Under the pieces are notes generated by a model. That model had not been told where the DNA came from, made no database searches, and saw nothing but the letters and a program-made list of their open reading frames with translations. From Marsupella aquatica (taxonomy: Eukaryota; Plantae; Marchantiophyta): 64,000 bases of DNA. Made by a program: the position numbers and the translations under genes. The DNA lies in the NCBI GenBank assembly GCA_973895155.1, contig OZ316896.1, positions 14,914,684 through 14,978,683 of the forward strand. The letters are read 5' to 3'. Position 1 is the stretch's first letter; each line of letters opens with the position of its first letter. Shown here in pieces: positions 51,827-62,359 of this stretch.

Positions 51827-54800
51827 AATGTGCAACCATCTCAACAAATGTTACCACGAAGGTTGAGAGCAGCATATCGGGAGATGGGCATGCCAGAAGA
51901 GGGAGAACCATCAGAGGATGATTCCTCATTAAGTAATGATGTAAGTGATCATGGTGATGAGGAAGCAACACCTCAGACTGATGACCAGGTCATGCATGAC
52001 CAGGACAGAGCCATGGATGACTTCATGGTTGATTGGTTTGGTGCTGATGTTGAAGATGGTGTCCCTGACATTAGTGTTGAAGGAGCTGCCCCCCAAAATG
52101 ACCCACGATCACAACATACTCCAGAGGGACAACAACAATGGAAGGAGGCTGCGGAACATGCCCGAACACCTATCTTTGAGGGTGCTCGGTTGAGTCGTTT
52201 GTCAGCCATATTGGGGTTGTTGAACATTCAGGCCAAACATAAGGCAAGCAATTCTATGTTATCAGACATATTTGAATATTGTCATGACTTGATGTTACCC
52301 TTGGAGAATGTGTTGCCTGGAACTTGGAAGGATGCAAAGAAGATTCTCTCATCCATTGGCATGGATTACCATATCATTCATGCCTGTGTGAATGATTGCA
52401 TATTATTTCATGGGGACAAAGCCCATATGACAGAATGCACAGTATGTCATGAGCCACGGTATGACCCAAACATGCTAACCGGGAAGGTGCCAAGAAAAGC
52501 AGTTCGTTGGTTCCCCATTATTCCTCGTTTGTTGCACATGTATAGATGTTCTGACTTGGCCGAGTTGATGGTATGGCACAAGAAGCATCGTTCGGAGCCC
52601 GGTGTGATGCAATTACCAGTTGACTCTCCTGCTCATAAACATGTGGAGTCAACATGGCCAGATTTTGAGCGTGACCCTCGGCATGTGCGACTTGGGTTGG
52701 CATCAGATGGGGTTAGCCCTCATTCACTTGGAGGGAAGGGGAGACCTACATCAGTTTGGCCAGTGGTTCTCATGAATTACAACCTTCCACCATGGTTGTC
52801 CATGAAAAAGGGTTTTTTATTGCTATCTTTGATTATCCCAGGGCCAAAGAAGGTGAAGAACATGGACACCTATTTGGCATTAGTGGTTGAGGAACTCCAA
52901 AAATTATGGGACGGAATATGGGCATATGACGGTCAAAAGACTACAGGGGGTACCCCACGGGTTTTTAAACTAAAAGGGGTTTGTATGTGGACCATGCATG
53001 ACTACCCAGGTAAGAACTATGAAACTACAACACTTTTTTTTGTTTACATCCAGCATGATATGATAATGCATGTTATCCCGTCATTTCCATGTGCTAATTC
53101 TACATTATGTGTGTCTATATGACCAGGATTTGGCTTTGTGAGTGGGTTGCAAACCCAAGGCTACAAGGCTTGCTCCACTTGTGGCCCAAGTCTTGGTGAT
53201 ATAGCCAAGTACTCATCACACCTTCACAAGATTGTTTATCTTGGGCATACAAAGTTTCTGCCAATGGGCCATCAGATGAGGTTTGACCCACTACTATTTT
53301 CCTCCATTGATATGCCCTTTGGTGATGAACGTGATATACCAGAGCCAACAACTTTTGCACATTGGAAAGACTTGGCTGATAGAGTGGCAAACCCGGAGGA
53401 TCCCATGCAATTTGAGGGTAGCGGGTTGACTAGATGGAGTATATTAACCACTTTGCCTTATTGGGGAGATCGAGTTGAAGATCCGCCATCTATTAGACCC
53501 CATGCACATTGAGGGAAATGTGGGAAAGGCTTTCTATGGAGAAAAGGACACTAACTTCAGGGAGGCTTGTGAGGATCTTGAGATGCATCCAGATGTATGG
53601 GTCACAATTGATCCTATCACAGGGATAGAACATCGACCTTCAGCCCCATGGGTGCTTCCTGTTGGCCAGAGAAGGGAGTTTAGGAATCGCATAGGAGGCA
53701 TGCGGTTTCCTACTGGTTATGGTGCCAATCTCCGGAAGGCCTTTGGGATGGAGGACAATCATAAGTGGCCAATGTATCTCAAGACGCATGACTATCATCG
53801 GTTATTGCAGCATATATTGCCCGTGGCCATAATAGGTTTGGCAAGTTCAGAAGTGCAAGATGCCATTTGGTCATTGGGAAAACTATTGAGATGGGTATGT
53901 TCTAAGGAGATATACTGTGAAGAGATCCCGGGAATGGAGGTACTGGCAACAGAGGTGGTATGCAAGTTAGAAAAGGCCCTTCCTCCTTCCTTTTTTGATT
54001 GCCAAGTGCATTTACTTGTTCATCTTGTTCATGAGGTGGCCATTGCTGGTCCTGTGCATTGTCGGTGGATGTATTGGTTGGAATGGTACATGGCAGTATT
54101 AAAGGGTTATGTACGTAATCGGGCACGGGTTGAGGGAAGCATGGCTACAAGATACTTGGCAGCAGAGAGTATGTTCTATTGCAGTAACATATTAGCCACA
54201 ATTGATCGTACCTCTCCCCGTACTTGGGTAGAGGAGAGGGAAGATGAGGAGGATCGTTTAACAGGTGCTATCAAAACCCGCATGTTGACACCAGTGGAGT
54301 TGAAACAACTAACCACATTCATGTTGAGTAACAGCACTATCATGGAAGAATGGAGGGATTTCTATGAGGATGCCAAAAGTACCAGTAGAAGACCAAGGAT
54401 CTTTCCAAAGTACCATGACTACATGAAGGAGAAGTTGGTTGAGGTGGATGACATGGTAGCGAGGGGAGAGAATGTATTACATTTTCTAGCCATCACAGAT
54501 GATGTCCGTACCATTGTTCATGGTCCCTTGAGAATGGTTACAACAAGGACGGCAATGTGGACACAAGGGAGACATTTCAGGTTATTTCCAAGTACCTTAG
54601 TAACCTTTCATCTATGGTGATTTTAATTTATGTGTAATACACCCACATATATTGAAGAGACAATTTTTTGGCATGTGATATTAATTGTTATATGTTTATG
54701 CCTATTTTTGTAACATGTCCTTATGGTTTGGTTGATTTTAGGGTTTCTTCCCTTGATGAGAAGAGGGGTCGTACCTTTGATTGTGGAGTTCAAGGACAAT

Positions 54801-55231
54801 TCTCTCAAGATTCCCGCAGCAGTCGCCATGACACAAATATTATTCGAGATGTTGTGCCACATTATGGAAAGATAGAGGAGATCCTAGTGATCTCTTATGA
54901 TGCACAATCAAAGTTAAATGAAGAGTATGTCTTCAAGTGCAAGTGGTTCAAAGTGAACCTTGCAGGTAACAATCCCACCGTGCTTCAAGATGAGTGTGGA
55001 TTTACACGGCTAAAGACATCTGCCACTAGTTTCTAGCCATCTCATTGGCAAACATCAGAGCCGTTCACTTTTCCAAGTCATGTGGAACAATGTTTCTATA
55101 TTCCATACCCCCCAAACCCAGAGGAATGGTCACTTGTCATCACATATGTGCCACGATCTCGTTCAGTTGTTGGGGAAAAGCCAGATATTCTGGTTGTGTC
55201 CCAACCTGAAGAGGATGAGGACCAAGTTTGA
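51827..55231 (+). pseudogene. CACTA transposase (TnpD/Tnp2; Transposase_21, DUF4218, DUF4216), copy 1; exons 51827-53009, 53127-54580, 54742-55231
   Basis: IHACVNDCILF, YFP-like WFPIIPRL, RHVRLGLASDG, WPVVLMNYNLPP, MHDYPG, RHLLDPMHIEGN, LKTHDYH, PPSFFD..VHLLVHL, GPVHCRWMY, LKGYVRNRARVEGS, FKCKWF, EPFTFPSHVEQCFY. Frameshift at ~53470 and stop at 55036. Confidence 0.95.
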
Positions 55232-55919
55232 GGGGTATATGTTATGTGGATATATAGTTAGATTTGAACATATGAGGATCTCTCTTCTTGGTTGGAGAAA
55301 TATGTGTTTCTAAATGATTAATAAATTTATGTTTGCCCAAATCAATCTTGTAAGTATATCAATTTTAAATGTGGCTTTTTTACATCTTCCATCCCCACAG
55401 TCCTATGTACACTCCCACACCTTTTGGTACACTTTATGAAAAGAAAACTCATCTCGCTTGTAGTCATTCCTCCTCGTAGCTTTCCTTCTCCCACCCCCTA
55501 GCCTTTCTCTCTAGTACTTGTACCCACCTCCCTCCTCCCCTTGTCTCAACCCCTTCCTTTTTAAAACCTATAGATGCCCTCAATTTTTTCCACCTTTCAC
55601 TGTCCTCAACCTATGCTCCTCCCTCCTTGGCTTGTCCCTCTCCTAAACCTATACCTTCCACCCTCCCTCCCTCCTCCCTCCTTTCCTTTTCCCTCCCTAA
55701 ACTGTAGGTAGGTACGCTCCCTCCTCCCTCATTTCCTTGTGCACCCTAAACCGCCCTACTCCTCCTCCCTTTGTTCCTTGTCCCCCCTTAAGTCAACCCT
55801 TCCTCCTCCTTTTCTTCCTAAAGTGTGCCTCCTCCCTCCTCCCTCCTCTCTCCTTGACCCTCCTTCCTCCATTCCTTGTCCCATGCCCTTTCTAAATCTG
55901 ACCAACCCCAAAACCAAAT

Positions 55920-56445
55920 TTCCGAACCATTTTGCGAACCCCCACCCATCTCAACCTAATGGCTACATTAACGATCCCTACCTCATCGCTAGATCCCATC
56001 CCAACACCATCGCTACATTCCGAAGCAACTCGCATCTCAACTTTCCGAAACTCAAGCCTTCTCTAAAGAGAACCACTGAGGCGCCATGATTTTGCGAGCC
56101 ACAATATCTCGCAAACTAGCGATTCTCTTAGTTTTGCTGTATTGCGATTAATTTTGCATCGCACGCCGCTTTCAGATAACAAAAATATCACAACGTTATC
56201 GATGCAATCGGCGTCGCAAGTTGTTTGCGAAACGGTAAACATCGCTACTAAGTAGAATGCTCAAAGGTTCAGAAACATTTTGCGACATATTTGGTTTTGC
56301 AAATATTTGCGAAGATGTTGGTTTCACAAATAATGGTTGCGAGAGTGTCAGTGTCGCAGTTTGAGATGCGGTTTGCATCGCAAGATGAGTGATGAACGGC
56401 GCTTTGCGGTGCGTTTATCCCCTTGTAATTGACCTTCGCAAAAAT
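55920..56445. repeat. Right subterminal repeat region of CACTA copy 1
   Basis: Dense TTGCGA/TCGCAA motifs, preceded by a C/T-rich low-complexity tract at ~55480-55880. Confidence 0.85.
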
Positions 56446-56466
56446 GGCAAATATGTAGTAGTGTGA

Positions 56467-57777
56467 ACACTCTCAGAACCCGAAGACTTCCTCCTTTCTG
56501 GATACAAAAAGCAACCTAAGAGCCTCAAGATATGTCATAAAATAAATGAGAAGAGCAGCTTGGGAGAGATAACAAATTAAAGTAAGCTTTGGAGAGATGA
56601 GAGTATACTTACTTTTCTTTCCTGAAAGCATAGAGCTGTCTTTTGATACCTCCTTGGCAACATCTCTCTTCAATTTCCGAGGGCGGCTCCCCAATTTCCG
56701 AGGGTGCCACCCAAGGCATGCTTGCTCCATCAACACACAGCCAGCAATTTCTACTTCCGGGTTGCACAATTTAGATGCACTAATAAAAGATTCTGGGGAC
56801 CAAGCCACGATTGGCCTTTTGAAGCGCAACTTTCTATGTCACATCAAATGTTAGTGACCAATTCTCTGAATCTAAATACCACGGTCGACAATGCAACACC
56901 TCCCATTCACTTATCTTTTGCAAGGGTTCAATGTCCTCAATAGGGTACATCAAGTACTCCCCAAACTTCTCACAATCGGAATCATCTCTTGCATATTGCG
57001 CCCATTGAGAGAAGCATGTCGCCCGGGTAACACCACCAAAAAGATCTATTTTCCACCTCTCAATCAACAAAAAACCTGTAAACATACCTTTCGGCCCTTC
57101 GCTTGAAAGCAGCAATGTCAATCTTTTCCCCAACTTTCGGGGTCTAGATGCTCTTGAAGAACCTTACCTTAACCCGCTGTAGGAAATCTTCAAACTCATC
57201 ATCAATTTCAACAAGGAGGGATGCCTGACTATTCTCCGGGGAAGAAAGAATTCTAGACTCAGGGACAGTGAGAATAATCTCAGAGATTGCTTCACTTAAT
57301 AAGCACCTCGCAATGGACTCTACTTGTTCCCAAGTAGCCCATCAATGCAACCAGAGCTTGGTCTCACTATCTGAGAATTGAGATGGATGGAAATACTGTT
57401 TGCGCAACTCTGGTCTGCACTGTGCTTCGAGAAGAGTGCATCGGAGTTGTGGACTCAGAGAAGTTACCCCAGTGAAAAGCCTTGCACAATCAAGGCCACA
57501 CGAAACATTCCCTTATCATCCGTCCGCTGAGCTTCTTTCCTTCTTTCTCACAATAATTGTGCATCTCAACACATTTCTTGAAGAAATCCCCAAAGTCTGG
57601 ATTCAGAAGTGGGGCAAACTTTGGACCTTTGACATTCCAGTTAGAGAGTTGCTCCTTCATCATATCTCAAACTGCAATGTCCTTTGCTGCTTTGGACAGA
57701 GGTTCGCCAAGTTCCTCCTTCAGTGCAAACTTCTTCAGCAAGTCAGCAATTTGCGAAGCTATGTTTGCAGCTGAAAG
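56467..57777 (-). pseudogene. Middle part of the decayed MTase-like host gene, lying between the two CACTA copies
   Basis: Long protein-like frame with scattered stops (LSAANIASQIADLLKK..., KLWLH*WATWEQVES..., KRRAERYVYRFLLIERW..., WEVLHCRPWYLD...). GTAAGT..TAG intron at ~56610-56516. Joins 39138 in frame across the TSD. Confidence 0.65.
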
Positions 57778-58460
57778 CACTACAACACTACCCACACCTT
57801 TTGCGAACTTGAAAGCATCGCAAACAACAAAGGAAATCAAAAAACAAAACTCGCCTTTGCGAAGTATCGCGCATCGCAATAGAATCGCAAATTGCGAAGC
57901 CCAAAGGTTCGCATCCGGTCTTTCGCAAGACCTTCGCAACGCCTTCGCAACTTGCGACACTAATAGAATCGCAAAGGACTCACATTTAAGCGACTCCGTG
58001 GGCGTCGCGAGAGGCTTGCGATAATAATCAAGCAGTTAAATATTTGCAATCCCAGAAGTTTGGTAATCGGTTTGTGATATTAAGTTAATGGTAGTTATGC
58101 CATGAACATGGCTTCGCATTTTTGTGAACGTATGTGGTTTGCATAATGTTTGCGATACCTTCAATATGGTAAATATGCGAATTGGGTTGTTCGCATAGGT
58201 TTCGCAAGATGTCTTGAGGCTAGGGTTTAGATTTAGAGTTTTGAATTATGGTTGGGGTCTTGTCGTCCAACACGGAGAATGAGGTCTGAATCAAAATTGC
58301 TTTATAGAAAATTGATAGGTACACAAAAATTAGGGTTTCCTAAACCCTAAACCCTAGATGGGTGTCATATGACAAGCTAGGTCCCTATAAGACTACCCAT
58401 ATCAAAACTATATACTACACTAAGTAAATGGGCATCCCATAGGCACTACACCACCAAGCT

Positions 58461-59737
58461 CTAGAATGGGGTCCTCCTACTCCTTGTCGCCGGCCTCTTC
58501 CCCTTGTCCCTCTTGCGACAATCCGGACGTGGCACAGGAGGTGGTGCTGGCTGCTCCTCCACATCTGGTTCCTCCTCGTCCTCGTCCTCATCCTCTTCCT
58601 CCCCCTCCTGCTGGGAAACTCCTCCTACTGGTCTAGATCCACTACTCCCTCCTACCTTGGGCCCCTTTGTCGTGGTCCCCTCATTGTTCTCATCGGTGCT
58701 GCTGGTATCACTGGCATCCTCATCATCCTGTTTGCACAGCACAACGCCAAATTGGTTTAGGTTTACGGAATGAAAAGATAAGTGGATTGGGTGGGAAAAA
58801 CTGAAGGGGATACATGCACTTACAGTCGCCAACTCTGCGTCAACCAAGTCAAAGAGATGTTTGGCTCCATGCGCAGCTCCTATCTCCATCTCTTTTGCTG
58901 TTATCTTCCTGCGGTACCTCTTATACTACCACAACCAAACATTCCAAAACTTTCTCAGCCATTGCCTTGAGCTCTCGGTCGGACTTCCCGGCCTTCTGTG
59001 CCTTGGCTTCCATCTCCTTCCAGAAGAGAAGGTTCCTGGCAGCTCTCATCTGCACCTCCACTTTGTAAAAGGCATTCCACACGTCCTCAGTGAATTGCAG
59101 TGGCCTCCTCACGTTTCTGTACTCCTCCAAGTTTGCCAGGTAGGCCCTTACCTTCTTCCTATCATGGTACCGTGCTTGAGACATTTGCCTTGTTGAGTTT
59201 CCCCCACTCAACTCCTCGTGCAAAATTGGAGCGCACCATAAGCCTGATAGTGCTCTTTGCCCCGGTGTAGGCCAGTTCAGTAGGAATGCCTTCGATCAAG
59301 GCAATCATAGGCAGCTTCTTCCTCTCTTCCTCCTTCTTTCGCTGCTCCTCCCGCTGTGCTCTTATCTCATCTCGTTCCTCTCTCCTCCTCTTCTTTTCTA
59401 GGGCAGCAGGTGAGACTACTCCTGCCTTGGCCCTCTCCTCCTTCTTACGCTTCTTCTCTCTTGCCTTCTGTTGAGCTGCACTCCTTTGCTCCTCCTCCCT
59501 TGCAATGTTCCCTGCATCTACTCCCGTTTGCAAGGCTTGCCCAAGGATTGCACTCAAAGAAGCAATCCCTGCTGGTGTAGTCAAATCTAAGTGGCTCAAC
59601 TGTGCTGCATTGAGGTGCTCAGCCATCAAATCGGTCCATCGATTCCTCTCCTGCTCCCCATTGCCTTCATTCCCATTGCCACTGTCACTCACCCCTGCCC
59701 TATCACCTCCATTTGCTCCACTGGAATCCATAGCCAA
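58461..59737 (-). pseudogene. CACTA ORF2 (TnpA/Ptta-like), copy 2, internally deleted
   Basis: Homologous to 39920-42053 (EGIPTELAY.GAKSTIR, NFARGVEWG, ARYHDR, LEEYRN). Frameshifting deletion at ~59190, and loss of the HRLG segment plus most of intron 1 at ~58940. Ends ..RSRRTPF*. Confidence 0.75.
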
Positions 59738-61030
59738 GCCACCCCCCGAGCGCGCGCGAGCTCCCTTCTCCCTCCCTACGCTTGAAATTTGTCAAATGCC
59801 GCTGAGTACGCCGCGGCCGAGTGCAAAAGTACAAGCGGGAAAGACTTGCGAAGCAACCCGTTTCGCAAGTTGCGATTCTTCTTGTTTCGCATATAGTTTC
59901 TCAATTTTGTGAAACCATTGCGACGTGAAAGGCTTCGCAACACCTTCGCTCTCTCATAGAAATGCTCTCGGGCTCTGTTTTTCTGAAGGTCTTGCGAAAG
60001 CAGCAGCTTCGCAAACCTCAATTCTAATTTGTGATGGTATTTGCGAAGGAAGCGGCTTCGCAAGACATTGGCAACTCGTCCTGGGGGAATGTTGGTTTCA
60101 TTTGAAAGGGTTTTTTTCAAAGGTGAAGTGGACCCCTCTATACTCATATTTGGAATGCTTTTTGGCCATGTTTTGGGTGTTAGATAATAGTTGAAGGCGG
60201 GTTTGAAGGGTTAGGCAGATTTCAGGTTAATGGGTTATGTATGGTGTTGGTTTAGGCTAAGGTTTGGGTTTACATTAGTTTAGAAGAAATAATAAAGGTG
60301 TGGGATTTAGTTTACAAGAAATAAGTAAGGTTTGGGTTTAGGGTTTTAGGGTTTGGGGTTTTTAAATAGAAAGGTCTCTAGGGTTGAAGAAAGATTTGGG
60401 TTTGTGTGTAAGTCAGATTTAGGTTTAATAGGTAGGATGCGGTTTGGGGTTGAAGGTTTGGATAAGACAAAGCAAGGTTTCATGAGATTTATATTGCAGC
60501 CTTTTGGGTTTAAGAGAGGTTCATTGGGTTTATGAATCAAAAGGGGATTGGCATGGGTTTTGCTAACAAAGGAGGGGAATATATGATAGCTTGCAGGGTG
60601 CGGCACTTTTTGATGATTTGATACTAATGCATATGCATTGTGAGAGCCCGGGCATCTGAAAGGTAAACATTGCATGATCGGCTAAAGTGTTCCTTTCATG
60701 TACTTAACACTTTTGGTTGCCACTATGTATAAAGGGGACATGTATATAGGGTTTTTTGTTCTTGTCTGGTCCAGATTATTGTGCTTACATATACATGGAA
60801 TGGTTGCAGCTTTTCCCTCATACTTTCAGATTGGGTTCATTAATTATCTTAGAGCCACAAGAGCTATTGGCACTGCTGAGCCCGGGTCTCATAAAGGTAC
60901 CTTTTTTATTGCTATGGTCATTTTGGTTTGGGTTTCTTGTCATCATTATTTGGGAACTTTGATTTATATCATTTTGTGGTATGTTTTGGTCATAACATGC
61001 CCATTTTAATTATATCTTGTTACAGGGGAT

Positions 61031-62183
61031 ATGTCTTCATCTTCTGAAATCTCCACCACAGACTCGTCCTCCTCTGATGAAGATACACCACCTCCACCTC
61101 AACATCACACGACCGCACCTCCTCCTCGCGGTCCACCCCGTCAACTTTGTGAATGTTCCAGATGTGTGGGTCAGGTTTCCCAAAAATCTTACATATGTGC
61201 CCAACATATTGAGAGATATGGGCGTTGTGGACGTCATACGGCAGGGGCTTCTTCATCTCATATGGTAAGTGTTATGCCTTAGTTTTCCTACCCTATTCCC
61301 ATTACTCAATGGTTGAAGGTTTGCAATTTCACACCTACTTTTGTTTGTTTTGGTTTCGGTGGAATAGGTATCCAATAGGCCTAGACCTGCGGCACAAGCA
61401 CCCTATGTCCCATCACAAGGTGTTCTAGATACTATAGGCAATGCATTCTCAAAAGCCTTGGGTCTAGCGGCAAGGCCCACCAGTCCTAGGGAAGTTGGGG
61501 TTGAGGCTATTGTCCCAGGAGGGAGAAAGCGTTCCAAGAGGCGGGCCCGAGGGGATACTGATTTGTACAAGGCAGTGGTTACGGGTCGGTGGGGTGATTG
61601 TGAGTTCACTGGCAGATGTGTCCCTATCATCAAGGACTGGGATCCTGAGACTCTTGGTTTGCCACAACAGCTTTCCTACGGTGCGGAGGTAGAGGTTTGG
61701 GGTAGACGTTGGGTTATCAAACCTTCCACACTTGGGGATAGACATGGCTATGGAGTTTTTGCCTGTGAGGACATCATTGTGGACGCCGAGAGTGGTAGAG
61801 GTGGACGCGGCCGAGAGGGGCCTACTTTGTTTCCTTATGGTGGACCCATCTACAAGAGAAGACATTGGAACATGATCCTTGCACAACACCCTGAGTGGAA
61901 GACTTATGCATTGGACATGGATACTTTTGATGGAAACACTAGAAGGTATAGTGAGCAGCGTGTCATAGATGGGGACCCCATACGGACTGGGAATATTGCT
62001 GGTTTCATAAACAGTACCGTGGGGACTCGCCCTAAGCGTAGGCAAAATTGTGAGTGGGTTTTCATTGAGGGTCCTCCGCCAGCACCTTATGGCCAGACAT
62101 ATCATCATGACCATTGCCTAGTTGTAGCAACAAGGACCATTAACTCAGGGGATGAGTTATTTACTCACTATGAGTGGGATTAG
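61031..62183 (+). CDS. CACTA-borne ZnF-SET domain protein, copy 2, apparently intact: exons 61031-61264 + 61368-62183 (~349 aa)
   Basis: ATG|GTAAGT donor and GAATAG acceptor join in phase 0. Exon A has CECSRC..C..H. SET motifs: KPSTLGDRHGYGVFA, PYGG, GNIAGFINS, NCEW, LVVATRTINSGDELFTHYEWD*. Confidence 0.88.
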
Positions 62184-62359
62184 GGTTAAGTTAAGGGTCA
62201 TAGGTGGTATGTTGCATATCAAAGGGCACTACATATGGCCTTTGGCCACATTTTGTATTTGCACCACAACCAATATTATTTCATTTTTGCACACCCCTAG
62301 CCCATTTGTGTGTGTGTTCTCTTTGCAATATAACTTTCAATTGTTTGCTTTGTTTTTAG

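Larger units (their letters stand above)
39139..56463 (+). mobile_element. CACTA (En/Spm) DNA transposon, copy 1, full length (~10.3 kb without the nested Copia)
   Basis: 5' end CACTACAACA (39139); 3' end TGTAGTAGTG (56463); 3-bp TSD TGA (39136-39138, 56464-56466). Subterminal TTCGCAA/TTGCGAA repeats and a Transposase_21-type ORF. Removing the element and one TSD restores the host frame ...RRKSSGSESVQTVNNGRQED... Confidence 0.95.

Noticed and set aside
61464-62114. 216-aa minus-strand ORF overlapping the SET exon
   Set aside because: Antisense shadow with no motifs, and no equivalent ORF is listed for copy 1.
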